From positions 744,001-808,000 of the forward strand of contig NIVC01000152.1 in the NCBI GenBank assembly GCA_002269645.1: DNA of 64,000 bases, read 5' to 3'. The DNA comes from Macrostomum lignano. Taxonomy: Eukaryota. Made by a program: the position numbers and the translations under genes. This document shows, piece by piece, positions 37,601 through 50,388 of the stretch. Each line of letters begins with the position of its first letter. The first letter of the stretch is position 1. The notes beneath the pieces are model-generated. The model was not told the origin of the DNA, ran no database searches, and saw only the letters and a program-made list of their open reading frames with translations.

Positions 37601-40600
37601 CAGACATTCGAAAGGCCGGTGTACATTAAGGAGTAATTAAAGAATGATTTAGCAAAATAAAACATTGCTCGGTTTGAGGTTGGGGCAGACAGTAAACCCA
37701 CCAGCCAATCAAATTGCACCTAAATGTTCTTGCGCTAAAATGGTAAGACTTGCGTAGTTCTAATAAATTTCTAAAAATAGTTCAGCGTACGATGGTGTAC
37801 AAGTGTACATTTAGTGCACTATATTCTTAAGCTATCTTGCAAACGTGCATACATTGTTTCTAAAAATAGCCTCCACGAGATTTATAACCCTATGCTTTAT
37901 ATATAACCCTATTACCACAAATATATTGTTGGGGAGAAAGTTCCCGCGGTTTCTAGAATTTTCTGTCAAACTGAGTTTTTTTTAAAACAAAAAGCCAATT
38001 AAGAAACAAAATAATCACCATCACAATCGATCACCTTCTGCCATTTTTCGGGCAGACTCATAATACCATCACTGTAAAATTTCTCTGGCTTTGAAGTGAA
38101 AAAGTTGTTCAGCCAGTTATTGAGCTCTTCATCATCAGCGAAGGTTTTGTTGTTCAAGGCGTTGGCCAGAGACAAAAACAGGTGGTAGTCGCTTGGTGCC
38201 AAGTCTGGTGAATACGGTGGATGGGGCACCAATTCCCAGCCAAGGTCCAGTAGCTTTTGGCGAGTCATCCTAGCAGTGTGTGGACGAGCGTTATCATGGA
38301 GGAATCGTACCGGGCCATGGTTCGGACGCTTCTGTGCGATGGCGGCGGCCAATCGGCCCAGCTGTTGGCAGTATAGGTCGGCTGTAATTGATGTGTTGGG
38401 TCGCAGCAGTTCGTAGTAGATGACGCCCTTGCAGTCCCACCACACGCACAGTATGACCTTGCGTGGGTGGAGTCCGGCCTTTGGCTGCAGCTCAGGCGTC
38501 GCGTCAGCATCAACCCATAATCGTCGACGTTTGATGTTGACGTACAGGCACCACTTTTCATCGCCCGTAACGATAGACTTTAGCCAGTTAAGTGTGCGCC
38601 TGTAGGAGAGGAGAGAAGTGGCCACCTCTGCCCTGCGCTCCTTGTCCCAATCTGACAATTGGTGGGGTACCCATTGTGCCAGCTTGTACACCTTGCCCAG
38701 CTGATGCAAATGACTGGTGACTGTTTTATGGTCTACATCAAGGACTTGCGCTAACTCATGCGTGGTTTGCCTAGGGTCAGCCTTTACGAGTGTGCGCAGC
38801 CGGTCGTCATCAACCTCGGAGGGACGACCTGACCAGGGCAAATCTTCGAGGTTAAAATTTCCCTGGCGAAACCGCGCAAACCAGTCCTGGGCGGTGCGTT
38901 CAGACACGGTACCCGCACCAAATGCAGCGTTGATGCGGCGGCTGGATTCTGCGGCTGACAGTCCAGATTTGAAGTCGTAGAGCAGGAGACCACGAATATA
39001 GGCCCGAGAGAGATCCACAATGCTGGTGACTAGTGAGTAATCTCTTTGGTTTAAATAGCATGTTAGAATCACACACACCCACCCTCAATATATACCCACA
39101 CAGCCGGGCTCTGGAATGTTCCAGAAAGTTCTTAGACAGAAAGTTCTAGAAACCGCGGGAACTTTCTCCCCAACCGAATAGCTTCAAAATAACAAAGACA
39201 ACATCTAGTAGTCCTTGGTTAAAGATTGCTCAAATAAATGTACATTTGGTTGCTAATACTAATAGTAATTGTAGAAAGGTTGTGAGGGCTGTCCCACAAC
39301 CAGGCCCGAGGCAATATACAGTTGGTTCAGACCAATTTAAAAATTGATTTGAGTAATCTTTCGCTCGTGGAGCCATACTGGCAGTTAAGTGAAGCGGCCT
39401 TAATGGACGCGTACCTTGCGCCACCTGGCTTAGCCGACGAAGTTGGACAGCCGGCCAGTTCGCCAAACCTGCTGCCAAACTGCGAAGAACTGCCGACGAA
39501 ACTGGCGCCATGAGCGTCCGGCGCTACCTTCTTCGGCGCGTCCTGGCTGTCTGTATCGCTATGCTTCTGCGTAACAATGCTAGTAGGTATTAGCATGCCA
39601 ACAATGACCAGGTGCAGAAAGTAGGCCCCAATTAGTAGGCAGCAACCTGACACGGAGTAGCGATCGGCCAGTTCAGTGAACACCAGCGGCATTGCCACGG
39701 CGCCTGCGCTGCTGCCGGCGAAGCAGATGCCGTTGGCTAGATCGCGTCTGCGCTCGAAGCACTCGTTGACCTTGCAGATGACGGAGCTGTAGCAGGCGGA
39801 CAGACAGGCTCCGGTGCAGAAGCCCAGACAGGCCACCCACAACGGCAGGCTGAAGGCCAAGTACAACAGGCACATGGATAGGCAGATTGTCAGGCCGCTC
39901 GTGACCACCATCCATCGGAGGGGCACCCGGCGAGAGAGGACACTGAATAGCGGAGCTGGAGATTGCGGAACGGGCGCTGTTGTAGATTCTACAGGAAACT
40001 CTACTCTGAAACTCTAAAAATAGAATTTTTTGCCAACTGCCGTTGCGCATTCTGCATGGGTCGCCATCATAAACCCGAAAAATCACAACTCCGAAAGCAC
40101 TTCCCATCATATAGACCCGAAATATCATAAACCCGAAATATCACAAACTCCGAAAAACAAAATAGTGTTGGACATTGCTAGCAATTTCGGAGTTGTGATA
40201 TTTCGGGTTTGTGATATTTCGGGTTTGTGATGCCCCCCCCCTTCTGCATGACTGCGGGCACCCTGGTGCAACGCCTTCGGCAACATCGTCCCACACACCA
40301 GCGCAGGGGCAATTCTGCCCATTCCGCTTGCTCCTGAGCACGCTAATACTCCACTCGCACACACGCTCACACAGGGTGTACATCGGCCCTGACTCTCTAT
40401 TCCTCAGGCATGTACACTCTCTGTACCTTGGGGGTTGGCCCTCATGGGTGTGAACCGCGCGACACCCCCCCCCCGGATAGGGATATAACAATTCAAATCC
40501 TTTATACTAAAAATGACTTAATCCATGCACTCATACAGAGATAGCTATCATTAAAGTAATCTAAAGTTTCTAATCCAGCTTTGAATGTAATTGCCAACCA

Positions 40601-41365
40601 ATGAATTTCCCCAGCAAGCAAAATCTGAGGAAAACAACCCTTTGTCTCAGCCAATAGGAAGCTGCAGAAATGTACAAAGGGAACATCTCTCATGAAGGGA
40701 AGACCCAAAATGCTATATAAACCCTTGTTAAACCAATAAAGAAGCTTCGCCTCTCGCCCTCGCTCACTCCTGCTTGTTACGAGTATTTTTGGCTTCAATA
40801 GTCGTAATAAAATTAATTCATAGCCAGAATTTCAATTCTATACGTTGGAACATAAAACAGACTCTTTTGCATTTGACTGTCAGTGACATTTGACTGACAG
40901 TGACATTTGACTGTCAGTGGCATTTGACTGTCAGTGACATTTGACTGACAGTGACATTTGACTGTCAGTGACATTTGACTGACAGTGACATTTGACTGTC
41001 AGTGACATTTGACTGACAGTGACATTTGACTGTCAGTGGCATTTGACTGTCAGTGACATTTGACTGTCAGTGACACTTGACTGTCAGTGACATTTGACTG
41101 TCAGTGGCATTAAAAAGTGGCCTATAAGAAATCCTCCACGATATAACCTTTGGTATAGTCGAATTTACCCTCCCCCATTTAAACAAAATAGCTCACAGAG
41201 AATGTTGATCAGCGATAGGGTAGTGGACGTGACAAACAGGATCAGAGTGTTGGAGCAGTTAAAATAGGCCTGAAACTCGCGCATCAAAATGCCCGCAGAC
41301 TTCAGATAGCCAATGACGATGAATTGCATCAGAAAGGCGCCTGGAATTGAATTCGTCGAAGTCAT
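34682..41365 (-). CDS. SLC16/monocarboxylate transporter-like MFS protein, 533 aa; exons 41197-41365, 39415-39955, 37200-37444, 35220-35552, 34682-34995
   Basis: Exon lengths sum to 1602 nt and all splice phases are compatible. MCT-like motifs: [59 protein letters not shown]. About 12 TM segments. Confidence 0.9.
35690..36940. repeat. Perfect (GGTT)n microsatellite, about 312 copies, in SLC16 intron 3
   Basis: Directly visible; explains ORFs 35646-37123. Confidence 0.98.
37926..39178 (-). mobile_element. Full-length mariner DNA transposon (1253 bp) in SLC16 intron 2
   Basis: About 40-bp TIRs (TTGTTGGGGAGAAAGTTCCCGCGGTTTCTAGA... and its inverse), TA at both ends (37924-37925, 39179-39180), internal transposase ORF. 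Confidence 0.95.
37999..39018 (-). CDS. Mariner DD34D transposase, 339 aa from a GTG codon
   Basis: [22 protein letters not shown] and [10 protein letters not shown] motifs; exactly 34 residues between the 2nd and 3rd Asp; no internal stops. Confidence 0.92.
   Translation of the reverse strand: MDLSRAYIRGLLLYDFKSGLSAAESSRRINAAFGAGTVSERTAQDWFARFRQGNFNLEDLPWSGRPSEVDDDRLRTLVKADPRQTTHELAQVLDVDHKTVTSHLHQLGKVYKLAQWVPHQLSDWDKERRAEVATSLLSYRRTLNWLKSIVTGDEKWCLYVNIKRRRLWVDADATPELQPKAGLHPRKVILCVWWDCKGVIYYELLRPNTSITADLYCQQLGRLAAAIAQKRPNHGPVRFLHDNARPHTARMTRQKLLDLGWELVPHPPYSPDLAPSDYHLFLSLANALNNKTFADDEELNNWLNNFFTSKPEKFYSDGIMSLPEKWQKVIDCDGDYFVS
40066..40232. repeat. Short foldback / MITE-like inverted repeat built of CCCGAAATATCACAA units
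   Basis: 40116-40155 is a near-perfect reverse complement of 40185-40223. Confidence 0.65.
40870..41110. repeat. 17-bp minisatellite (GACATTTGACTGTCAGT)n, about 14 copies
   Basis: Directly visible in SLC16 intron 1. Confidence 0.9.
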
Positions 41366-41714
41366 TGAAGCTACTTATAGTAAAGTCGAATAGTTATGAC
41401 TTGAAATCAGTTTATTAAACTAACCGACAATCACAATGCAGGCTGACGGCCCGTCAACAGTGATCTCCATGACAACCGTGAGGCACAGTCAGTAAACACT
41501 AAATTCGGGTGACAAATAAGGTCACGAAAAGTCAGTATTCGAGTTTATCTAAAATTGTACAAGTTGTTAACACTTATTGCAGACTAAATCTGAGACGTGG
41601 TGCAAAGTACAAGCTGTTTGCTTTAGTTTAGATAAGGAATAATTAGCAGGCTAATATGTACATGTACAAACTTAAGATTTTGGTAGAGCCTATGCTGAAG
41701 CCCATGGTAGTTCT

Positions 41715-43080
41715 TGGTTTATAGCTTATGGTAGTCTTTAGTGTAGAGTCTATGGTAGTCTTTGGTAGAGTCTATGGTAGTCTTTGGTAGAGTCTATGGT
41801 AGTCTTTGGTAGAGTCTATGGTAGTCTTTAGTAGAGTCTATATGGTAGTCTTTGGTAGAGTCTATGGTAGTTTTTAGTAGAGTCTATGGTAGTCTTTGGT
41901 AGAGTCTATGGTAGTCTTTGGTAGAGTCTATGGTAAGTCTTTGGTGGAGTCTATGGTAGTTTTTAGTTGAGTCTATGGTAGTCTTTGGTAGAGTCTATGG
42001 TAGTCTTTGGTAGAGTCTATGGTAAGTCTTTGGTGGAGTCTATGGTAGTCTTTGGTAGAGTCTATGGTAGTCTTTGGTAGAGTCTATGGTAGTCTTTAGT
42101 AGAGTCTATATGGTAGTCTTTGGTAGAGTCTATGGTAGTCTTTAGTAGAGTCTATGGTAGTCTTTGGTAGAGTCTATGGTAGTCTATGGTAGTCTTTGGT
42201 AGAGTCTATGGTAGTCTATGGTAGTCTTTGGTAGAGTAGATGGTAGTCTTTGGTAGAGTCTATGGTAGTTTATGGTAGTCTTTGGTAGAGTCTATGGTAG
42301 TCTTTGGTAGAGTCTATGGTAGTCTTTAGTAGAGTCTATGGTAGTCTTTGGTAGAGTCTATGGTAGTCTTTGGTAGAGTCTATGGTAGTCTTTGGTAGAG
42401 TCTATGGTAGTCTTTAGTAGAGTCTATGGTAGTCTTTAGTAGAGTCTATGGTAGTCTTTGGTAGAGTAGATGGTAGTCTTTGGTAGAGTCTATGGTAGTC
42501 TATGGTAGTCTTTGGTAGAGTCTATGGTAGTCTTTGGTAGAGTCTATGGTAGTCTTTAGTAGAGTCTATGGTAGTCTTTAGTAGAGTCTATGGTAGTCTT
42601 TGGTAGAGTCTATGGTAGTCTTTGGTAGAGTCTATGGTAGTCTATGGTAGTCTTTGGTAGAGTCTATGGTAGTCTATGGTAGTCTTTGGTAGAGTAGATG
42701 GTAGTCTTTGGTAGAGTCTATGGTAGTCTATGGTAGTCTTTGGTAGAGTCTATGGTAGTCTTTGGTAGAGTCTATGGTAGTCTTTAGTAGAGTCTATGGT
42801 AGTCTTTGGTAGAGTCTATGGTAGTCTTTAGTAGAGTCTATGGTAGTCTTTAGTAGAGTCTATGGTAGTCTTTGGTAGAGTCTATGGTAGTCTATGGTAG
42901 TCTTTGGTAGAGTAGATGGTAGTCTTTGGTAGAGTCTATGGTAGTCTATGGTAGTCTTTGGTAGAGTCTATGGTAGTCTTTGGTAGAGTCATTGGTAGTC
43001 TTTGGTGGAGTTTATGGTAGTCTTTAGTAGAGTCTATGGTAGTCTTTGGTAGAGTCATTGGTAGTCTTTGGTGGAGTTTA
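41715..43080. repeat. 22-bp minisatellite (GTAGTCTTTGGTAGAGTCTATG)n, about 60 copies
   Basis: Period 22 (41761 to 41783); made of two related half-units. Confidence 0.95.
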
Positions 43081-43534
43081 TAGAGAAGCTTATGATAGCC
43101 TATGATTGATAAAGTGAACTGTAAAGTTTGCAGTAAAAAGCAAAGCAAACTTACATTGCAAAAGATTTGTTCTCGAAGAAAATTGGTGCTAATTTTTATT
43201 TTAGTTACATATATAGGTCCGTCAGTTCGCTCGCGGTTTGCCCAAAAGATTAAATATAGCTGGTAGTTATCTCAATTGCGGGCCGAATAAGCAGACAATG
43301 CGGCACTGTTAAATTCGCGAATTTGCACAATTACAAGCAAAAAACATGCGGTACAGATAAAATAGATAAGGAGGAACTCTGATTGCTGGCCTAAAAACCA
43401 TTGAGAGTATCTGGAGGGCAAAGTGCATTGACCAGTCTGACAAGCTTGTCTTGTCCCTGCCGCTCCAAAGCGACCTGATGGCACATTTTGTGTATGGTAA
43501 GTTTCACAGGCCATCAGGCTAGCCTAACCTATTT

Positions 43535-45265
43535 TCTAGGATTGTGAAGCTTGGGGATTGTGAAGCTTGGGAATTGTGAAGCTTGGGGATTGTGAAGCTT
43601 GGGTATTGTGAAGCTTGGGGATTGTGAAGCTTGGGGATTGTGAAGTTTGGGGATTGTGAAGCTTGGGGATTGTGAAGCTTGGGGATTGTGAAGCTTGGGG
43701 ATTGTGAAGCTTGGGGATTGTGAAGCTTGGGAATTGTGAAGCTTGGGGATTGGGAAGCTTGGGGATTGTGAAGCTTGGGGATTGTGAAGCTTGGGGATTG
43801 TGAAGCTTGGGGATTGTGAAGCTTGGGGATTGTGAAGCTTGGGGATTGTGAAGCTTGGGCATTGTGAAGCTTGGGGATTGTGAAGCTTGGGGATTGTGAA
43901 GCTTGGGCATTGTGAAGCTTGGGGATTGTGAAGCTTGGGCATTGTGAAGCTTGGGCATTGTGAAGCTTGGGGATTGTGAAGCTTGGGGATTGTGAAGCTT
44001 GGGGATTGTGAAGCTTGGGCATTGTGAAGCTTGGGCATTGTGAAGCTTGGGGATTGTGAAGCTTGGGCATTGTGAAGCTTGGGCATTGTGAAGCTTGGGC
44101 ATTGTGAAGCTTGGGCATTGTGAAGCTTGGGCATTGTGAAGTTTGGGGATTGTGAAGATTGGGGATTGTGAAGTTTGGGGATTGTGAAGCTTGGGCATTG
44201 TGAAGCTTGGGCATTGTGAAGCTTGGGGATTGTGAAGCTTGGGGATTGTGAAGCTTGGGCATTGTGAAGCTTGGGGATTGTGAAGCTTGGGGATTGTGAA
44301 GATTGGGCATTGTGAAGCTTGGGGATTGTGAAGCTTGGGGATTGTGAAGCTTGGGCATTGTGAAGCTTGGGCATTGTGAAGCTTGGGGATTGTGAAGCTT
44401 GGGGATTGTGAAGCTTGGGCATTGTGAAGCTTGGGCATTGTGAAGCTTGGGGATTGTGAAGCTTATGGATTGTGAAGCTTGGGGATTGTGAAGCTTGGGG
44501 ATTGTGAAGCTTGGGGATTGTGAAGCTTGGGGATTGTGAAGCTTGGGCATTGTGAAGCTTGGGCATTGTGAAGCTTGGGGATTGTGAAGCTTGGGCATTG
44601 TGAAGCTTGGGCATTGTGAAGCTTGGGCATTGTGAAGCTTGGGGATTGTGAAGCTTGGGCATTGTGAAGCTTGGGCATTGTGAAGCTTGGGGATTGTGAA
44701 GCTTGGGGATTGTGAAGCTTGGGGATTGTGAAGCTTGGGGATTGTGAAGCTTGGGCATTGTGAAGCTTGGGCATTGTGAAGCTTGGGCATTGTGAAGCTT
44801 GGGCATTGTGAAGCTTGGGCATTGTGAAGTTTGGGGATTGTGAAGATTGGGGATTGTGAAGTTTGGGGATTGTGAAGCTTGGGCATTGTGAAGCTTGGGC
44901 ATTGTGAAGCTTGGGGATTGTGAAGCTTGGGGATTGTGAAGCTTGGGCATTGTGAAGCTTGGGAATTGTGAAGCTTGGGGATTGTGAAGATTGGGCATTG
45001 TGAAGCTTGGGGATTGTGAAGCTTGGGGATTGTGAAGCTTGGGGATTGTGAAGCTTGGGGATTGTGAAGCTTGGGGATTGTGAAGCTTGGGGATTGTGAA
45101 GCTTGGGGATTGTGAAGCTTGGGGATTGTGAAGCTTGGGGATTGTGAAGATTGGGGATTGTGAAGCTTGGGATTGTGAAGCTTGGGAATTGTGAAGCTTG
45201 GGAATTGTGAAGCTTGGGGATTGTGAAGCTTGGGGATTGTGAAGCTTGGGATTGTGAAGCTTGGG
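43535..45265. repeat. 17-bp minisatellite (GGATTGTGAAGCTTGGG)n, about 100 copies, starting about 20 bp 3' of the NWD stop
   Basis: Directly visible; explains ORFs 43519-45401. Confidence 0.97.
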
Positions 45266-45285
45266 GAGTGAAAAGCTCGAGACAT

Positions 45286-48200
45286 CTAGTCCTCATCCTC
45301 GCTCTCAGCGTCCTCAGATCCGCAGTCGCTTTCATTGCCGCTCTCGTCTTCTTCTTCAAGAAGTCCAGCGTCAGCGGTCTGGCCGCTGGGCGTGGGCTCA
45401 TCAGGCAGCTGCAGCCTGACGCCCACTGGCCGCTGCGACAGCTGGCTGCTCAGCACCAGCAGGCGGCCGTCCTGCGCCAGACTGGCGGACTGCAGGGTCC
45501 AGTCGAATGATAGGCGCGACAGGCGGAGAAGCGACGGCAGGAGCCACACCGACAGGTCGCTTGGACAGCCGGCGGCCGCACCGGAAGCGGCGTGCAGCAG
45601 CGCTCGAGTATCGCCGGCCAACAGGCGGATGAAGCTGCCGGGCAGCTGGATGGCGGGCGATGCAGACTCAGCCGAGGTCCAACTAGGGGAAGCTTCGTTG
45701 ACCGAATCGGCTGATTCAACGCGCAGTCGAAGCTGACCGCGTTCTGTGCCGCAGAGCAGCTGGTTGGCGCTGCTGCTGACTGCCACGGCTGTGACCGCGT
45801 CGGCAGCGGCTTGCTGTGCGAATCCTGGGAAAGTTTTTGATGCTGGGCTACATGTGATGGGGAGGCTGTGATGCTGGGCTACTTGTGATGGGGAGGCTGT
45901 GATGCTGGGCTACTCGTGATGGGGAGGCTGTGATGCTGGGCTACTTGTGATGGGAAGGCTGTGATGCTGGGCTACTTCTGATGGGGAGGCTGGGATGGAC
46001 AGTCTGGAGCTGATGGGGAGATTAAAACTAAAAAGACAGGAGAAGCATGCACATCAGCCGTTACCAACTGGCCTCCCAACGGGAATCGGCGGGAACTCCG
46101 GAAGGTCGCGCCGCAGGCGGCCAGTGCGGCAGTCCCAGACGAGCAGGCGGCGGCCGCCTCGGTCGCCGGTGCGCTCTGTGGTCTCGTCGAACCCCGTGTG
46201 CGTCAGGTGCCGACCATCCGGGCTGAGCGCCGCCACGTGCAGGTGCAGCAGCGCGCCCGGATGCTCGAGCAGCGCCAGTTGGTTGCCCCTGGCAACATCG
46301 AATACGCACAGGTGATGAGCATGATAAGCCGCCACCAGAGTTGAGCAGTCCTCACTGATCAGGTAGCCGGACAGGCAGTTAGATCGCTCCGCCTGGCGCT
46401 CAGCAGCTTGGCGCCGTTTGGCGCTGCGCCATTCGGCTCGGTGGCGCCGAAGTCTCGCCGACGGCGTCTCGGCGCGCCGCTGCCAGGGCGTGCCAAGCGG
46501 CGTCGAAGGGCGCCGGCGCAGGTAGGCCTCGAACTGGCGTCGCTCCGCCGCCGCTTCGGCATCGTCGCCGCCTTCATCGACGACGTCCGACCGGGCGGCA
46601 GCGGCGGAGCCGAAGTCGGGCCGCAGTTTGCGAATCACCTCGCCGGACTCCAGGCTGTAGACGGCAAATCCGGTGCGTTGCTCGTTGACACAGAGCAGCT
46701 GGGCGCCGCCCGGCAGCACCCGGTAGTCGGCGCGGGGCCCGGCCACGATCTGCAGGCCGGAGAAGCTGCTGGTGAACTTCTCCTGGTCCAGGCTGTAGAT
46801 GCGCAGCGCTTGGTACACCGGCTGGGCGCTGGGCGCCTGCGGGGGCGGAGGAGGCGGCGGCAAGTCAACGCGACAATTAAACCCAGGAACGCGTTCAAAT
46901 ACAGACTTGATGGATTCAAATACAGACTTGATGGATTCAAATACAGACTTGATGAATTCAAATACAGACTTGATGGATTCAAATACAGACTTGATGGATT
47001 CAAATACAGACTTGATGGATTCAAATACAGACTTGATGGATTTAAATACAGACTTGATTGATTCAAATACAGACTTGATTGATTCAAATACAGACTTGAT
47101 GGATTCAAATACAGACTTGATGGATTCAAATACAGACTTGATGGATTCAAATACAGACTTGATGGATTCAAATACAGACTTGATGGATTCAAATACAGAC
47201 TTGATGGATTCAAATACAGACTTGATGGATTCAAATACAGACTTGATGGATTCAAATACAGACTTGATGGATTCAAATACAGACTTGATGGATTCAAATA
47301 CAGACTTGATGGATTCAAATACAGACTTGATGGATTCAAATACAGACTTGATGGATTCAAATACAGACTTGATGGATTCAAATACAGACTTGATGGATTC
47401 AAATACAGACTTGATGGATTCAAATACAGACTTGATGGATTCAAATACAGACTTGATGGATTCAAATACAGATTTGATGGGGATTCAAACAAAAAATACC
47501 GATATTGATTGAGCACCTTAGGCGAGTGCCCCAGCTTTGTGAGCACAACGGCCTGTCTGTTGTAGAGCAGCACAATGTCCCGCTTATCCGCGATTCCCCT
47601 GGCTGACAGCAGCAGGCGGCTGTTGCCGCTTCCGAGGTCCCACAGCTGAATGGCGGCATTGCCCTCCAGCAGGACCAGTACGTTGTTCCCAGCTCCGTCA
47701 GAGTTCACGTGAAGATCCACCGGTCCGCACAGGCCCTGACGCTGGGAGCTCGGCCCTGCCGGCTGCTGCTGCTGCAGACAGCTGTGCAGATTCCAGATCC
47801 CGATGTCGCCATCTTCGCCAGCGGCGATCAGCACCCGGCGCAGGTTGGACGCGGAGCCGACGCCGCAGAGGCCCGGCTGGCGGCAATGGTGGCCGTGCTC
47901 CTCAGTTTCCAGATTCCAGACTGCCACGTCTGTGCAGCCGTTCGATTCTGATTGGTTCAGAGCGACTGCGTGCAGCTGGGAGCCGGTCAGCAGCAGCTGG
48001 CGGATGGGCCGGTCGGCCAGGCAGCCGCGCAAACGTCGCACCAGCTGCCCGGTGTCGGCGCTGAACAGCTCCAGGTGGGTGACGAACTCGCGACCACCGG
48101 AGCTGACGGACGGGGCGGTCGCCGCTCGGCAGGCCAGGATGCAATAGTCTCGGCTTCGCTGCACGGCGTTCAGCAGGGCGGCCGGGTCGGAGCAGTCCAG

Positions 48201-50311
48201 ACGGCCCGACACCTCGCCAGAGCGGCAGTCGATGATGCGCGCGAAGTTGGCGCCGTGGACAGCAAAGAGCACCTGATAGGAGCCGGCGGAGGTGGCCGCC
48301 ATCATGAATGCGTCCGGGGCGGGCGGTTCCACTTGATGCTCGCCGGAGCGGGTCAGGCGCGGCAGGCACCAGGTGCGCATCAGACAGGTTCCGTGATGGA
48401 AGCAGACCAGATGATCAGCATCAGCTCCGGCTCCGGCCAGGACGGCTGCGCACGGATCGTCTCCAAGGCTGAGGCTCCGTAGGTGGCGGCCGTGGCTGGC
48501 GGAGAAGAGTTCGATGCTGTCTGGCTGGCAGGCGGCCAAAACTCGATCGGTTAAGGCTAGCAGCAGGCTCGTAACCCGCCGGCCACAGTCCGGTACGGTG
48601 AACTGGACTCGAGCATCCGGGACATGCCATGTCTTGATGGTATTGTCCATTGAAGCTGTGAAGCATCGCCTGCCATCCGCTGAGACGCACATGGCGGTGA
48701 TTGGACCGGCGTGGCCCTGCAGCCTGGCAGCTGCAGATGCGCCAGACCCACCGCAAGGAGTCAAGCAGGTACTGGATGGAGTTAAAATCCTGGCTTGTCT
48801 CCGCGCCCTCCGACACAGGCGGCGTAGAGAGACGGCGGCTTCATCCTTGGTTCCGATGGCGATATCCGAGAGCCGACCGAGCAGCTGCTGCGCCAGCTGA
48901 ATGCCACCGTCAGCCGGCTCCGACTCCAGGTGACATCGCGAAAGCCGCAGAGCTTCGGCTATCGAACTGAGTTCAGCGGCTGCATCAACGTCGTCTTCCA
49001 GAGCCAGCTCCGTCGCGTCAACCAGGTCGAGCAGATCGCGGACGGGAGCAGCCGCCAGCTGCGCCGCCAAAAAGTCGTAGCGCAGCAGACAGTCGCGCGC
49101 GACGCCGACGGGACCGGCAGTTGCGGCCAGATGGAGCGGCAACTCGGACAGCTTGCGCAGATTGCTGGTGCGCGACGGAGGCCTCGCCTGCTGGGGACGA
49201 GAGTAGAAAGACGGCTGGCCGCTAAAATAGTCGGCCAGGGCTTTGCGCAGCGCCTGCGCCCTGGATGCGTCCTCCAGTAGGTAGCGACGCTCGGCGGCGC
49301 GCCTCACCACGCCACTCGACCAGCCGAGAAGGACGGACGCGTCGCCGGTTCGTTCCAGCAGCCAGTCGGCCAGGTCGGCGCGCAGCCGACGCCAGGTGAG
49401 CATCGGCACGTCTAGCAGGTCGAGCAGCTCCGGTTCCGTAAGGCCGTCGCGAGCGGCAGTCAGGTAGCCGAGGGCGCATTGTGACATTGCCTGACCATGG
49501 TGCTGCTCCAGCATGGCTAGGCGGCTCCCCACCGCTGCCACCACATCGCCAGAAGCATCGCAAAGAACTCGAAGTAGAGGTGACGCCTGCGGATGATAGC
49601 GGCGGAAGCTCGAAAAAGTGATGAGAGCTCGCGTAACTGCTGGCAGCAGAGTTGAAGATTGCATCAGCAGAAGTAGTAGTTTGCCAGATCTGGGCAGCTG
49701 TCGAGGCATCCAACTGAGAACTGACTGACGAGCATCGCTGCTGGAACTCGCCAAGTCCGTCAGTTGATCAACCCCGTCCAGCAGGACAACAATTCGTCGA
49801 TCTTGGACTTCACTGGCCGCATGTAGCAGCCGTTCGAATTCGTTTGCCAGTCCTGGCAGGTCCTGATGGTTTGGTAGAGCAGTCGTATGGCACTATGCTA
49901 GATCAGGAGTCAGAAAACTCCGGCCCGCGGGACACATGCGGCCCGCGAAGCCTCTCTATGCGGCCCTCGGGTCCTTTGAAACTTCTCTCTTCTCTTATAT
50001 CCTCTCTCCTCTCCTCTCTCCTCTCCTCTCCTCTCTCCTCTCTCCTCTCCTCTCTTCTCTTATCTCCTCTCTCCTCTCCTCTCTCCTCTCCTCTATTCTC
50101 TCCTCTCTCCTCTCCTCTCTTCTCTTATCTCCTCTCTCCTCTCCTCTCTCCTCTCCTCTCTCCTCTCCTCTCTCCTCTCCTCTCTTCTCTCCTCTCTCCT
50201 CTTCTCTCTCCTCTCCTCTCTCCTCTCCTCTCTCCTCTTCTCTCTCCTCTCCTCTCTCCTCTCCTCTCTCCTCTCCTCTCTCCTCTCCTCTCTCCTCTCC
50301 TCTCTCCTCTC

Positions 50312-50349
<38 letters not shown>

Positions 50350-50350
50350 C

Positions 50351-50388
<38 letters not shown>

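Noticed and set aside
40500-40800. Solo-LTR-like segment (TATATAAA, AATAAA, TGTTAC)
   Set aside because: No TG...CA termini or TSD could be defined.
43272-43514. Possible extra NWD exon beyond the 17-bp array
   Set aside because: The upstream exon already ends in TAG after an acidic tail, and this ORF has no WD40 features.
43519-45401. Repetitive PSFTIPKLHN ORFs up to 588 aa
   Set aside because: 17-bp minisatellite downstream of the NWD stop codon.
46635-49754. Single 1039-aa ORF as a complete gene
   Set aside because: It is one NWD exon plus read-through into a repeat-filled intron; the next WD40 exon is in another frame.
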